From a virus (Duplodnaviria > Heunggongvirae > Uroviricota > Caudoviricetes): a stretch of 18,144 bases of DNA. A model generated the notes under the pieces. The model was not told where the DNA came from, did not search any database, and saw only the letters and a list, made by a program, of their open reading frames with translations. The stretch lies in IMG/VR virus record IMGVR_UViG_3300029843_000306. One strand, written 5' to 3'. Within the stretch, counting starts at the first letter, position 1, and each line of letters starts with the position of its first letter. The position numbers and the translations under genes are program-made. Positions 16,864 through 18,144 of the stretch are shown piece after piece.

Positions 16864-18144
16864 ATGAAATATCCGACAGGCGTGGAAAACCATGGAGGGA
16901 AATTACGTATCTGGTTTGTTTATAAAGACGTAAGAGTCAGGGAAAATCTGGGGGTTCCTGACACAGCAAAAAACAGGCGCGTTGCAGGTGAACTACGCTC
17001 CTCTGTTTGTTACGCAATAAAAACTGGTGTTTTCGACTATGCAAAACAGTTTCCCTCCTCACGCAATCTGGAAAAATTTGGTGAGGCCCGACAAGATTTA
17101 ACCATAAAAGAACTGGCTGAAAAATTTCTGGCACTGAAAGAAACTGAAGTCGCCAAAACATCACTCAACACATACCGTGCCGTCATCAAAAATATCCTGA
17201 GCATAATCGGTGAAAAAAATCTTGCCTCATCGATTAATAAAGAAAAATTACTGGAGGTTCGTAAAGAGTTACTGACTGGATACCAGATCCCCAAAAGTAA
17301 CTATATTGTTACACAACCAGGGAGATCGGCTGTAACTGTAAATAATTACATGACAAATCTTAACGCCGTGTTCCAGTTTGGTGTTGATAACGGTTACCTG
17401 GCAGATAATCCGTTTAAGGGGATCTCGCCATTAAAGGAATCAAGAACCATTCCGGATCCTCTTTCGCGGGAAGAATTTATCCGTCTTATCGATGCGTGCA
17501 GAAATCAGCAAGCAAAAAATTTATGGTGTGTTTCTGTTTATACTGGAGTTCGCCCTGGTGAGCTGTGTGCACTTGGATGGGAGGACATAGATCTGAAAAA
17601 TGGAACAATGATGATCAGGAGAAATTTAGCAAAAGACCGTTTCACGGTACCAAAAACACAGGCGGGAACCAATCGGGTCATTCATCTTATTAAGCCAGCA
17701 ATCGACGCTCTCCGGAGTCAGATGACATTAACGAGACTGAGCAAAGAGCATATCATTGATGTTCACCTCAGAGAGTATGGCAGAACAGAAAAACAAAAAT
17801 GCACCTTTGTTTTTCAACCTGAAGTGTCAGCGAGAGTAAAAAATTATGGTGACCATTTTACCGTTGACTCAATAAGGCAGATGTGGGACGCAGCGATAAA
17901 ACGTGCCGGACTCCGCCATCGAAAATCATATCAGTCGAGACATACTTATGCCTGCTGGTCGCTGACAGCTGGTGCTAACCCGGCATTTATAGCAAACCAG
18001 ATGGGCCATGCAGATGCGCAAATGGTATTTCAGGTATACGGAAAATGGATGTCTGAAAACAATAATGCACAGGTAGCTTTGTTAAATACACAGTTAAGCG
18101 AGTTTGCCCCAACCATGCCCCATAACGAAGCAATGAAAAATTAA
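16864..18144 (+). CDS. Tyrosine site-specific integrase (phage integrase family), apparently full length
   Basis: 426 aa from ATG 16864 (track ORF starts at 16849 without a Shine-Dalgarno); C-terminal catalytic motifs R (VYTGVRPGEL), H-x-x-R (SRHTYA) and Y (VYGKW); window ends at its stop codon. Confidence 0.9.
   Translation: MKYPTGVENHGGKLRIWFVYKDVRVRENLGVPDTAKNRRVAGELRSSVCYAIKTGVFDYAKQFPSSRNLEKFGEARQDLTIKELAEKFLALKETEVAKTSLNTYRAVIKNILSIIGEKNLASSINKEKLLEVRKELLTGYQIPKSNYIVTQPGRSAVTVNNYMTNLNAVFQFGVDNGYLADNPFKGISPLKESRTIPDPLSREEFIRLIDACRNQQAKNLWCVSVYTGVRPGELCALGWEDIDLKNGTMMIRRNLAKDRFTVPKTQAGTNRVIHLIKPAIDALRSQMTLTRLSKEHIIDVHLREYGRTEKQKCTFVFQPEVSARVKNYGDHFTVDSIRQMWDAAIKRAGLRHRKSYQSRHTYACWSLTAGANPAFIANQMGHADAQMVFQVYGKWMSENNNAQVALLNTQLSEFAPTMPHNEAMKN

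Overview
This 18.1 kb window reads as a degraded lambdoid (Qin-like) cryptic prophage of Escherichia coli, laid out in reverse relative to the lambda map. No search was possible: all calls rest on the supplied ORF track, my own translation of the sequence, and protein sequences and motifs recalled from memory (K-12 Qin, Rac and lambda). Hand-counted coordinates may be off by a few nt. Left to right: ydfK, Pin invertase (pinQ), tail-fibre assembly gene (tfaQ), a tail-fibre C-terminal remnant (stfQ), a fragment of tail-tip protein J, a truncated Nu1 terminase small subunit (nohQ) with an apparently intact cos site, a right-end moron block (ynfO, ydfO, gnsB, ynfN, cspI), the lysis cassette (Rz/Rz1, SAR endolysin rrrQ, ydfR, pinholin essQ), ynfU, cspB, cspF, a candidate late promoter and terminator, antiterminator Q (quuQ), ydfU, rem, the hokD-relE-relB toxin-antitoxin operon, ydfV, flxA with a sigma-28 promoter, a 655-aa protein ending in a DEDDh exonuclease domain, an excisionase-like gene and a complete tyrosine integrase at the window edge. 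All head and tail morphogenesis genes and any immunity or replication module are missing. The items I would follow up first are the 655-aa multi-domain exonuclease protein, the ynfO-ydfO pair, an unannotated 29-codon hydrophobic ORF after cspF, and the retained cos site. I found no CRISPR array, tRNA, rRNA or IS element.
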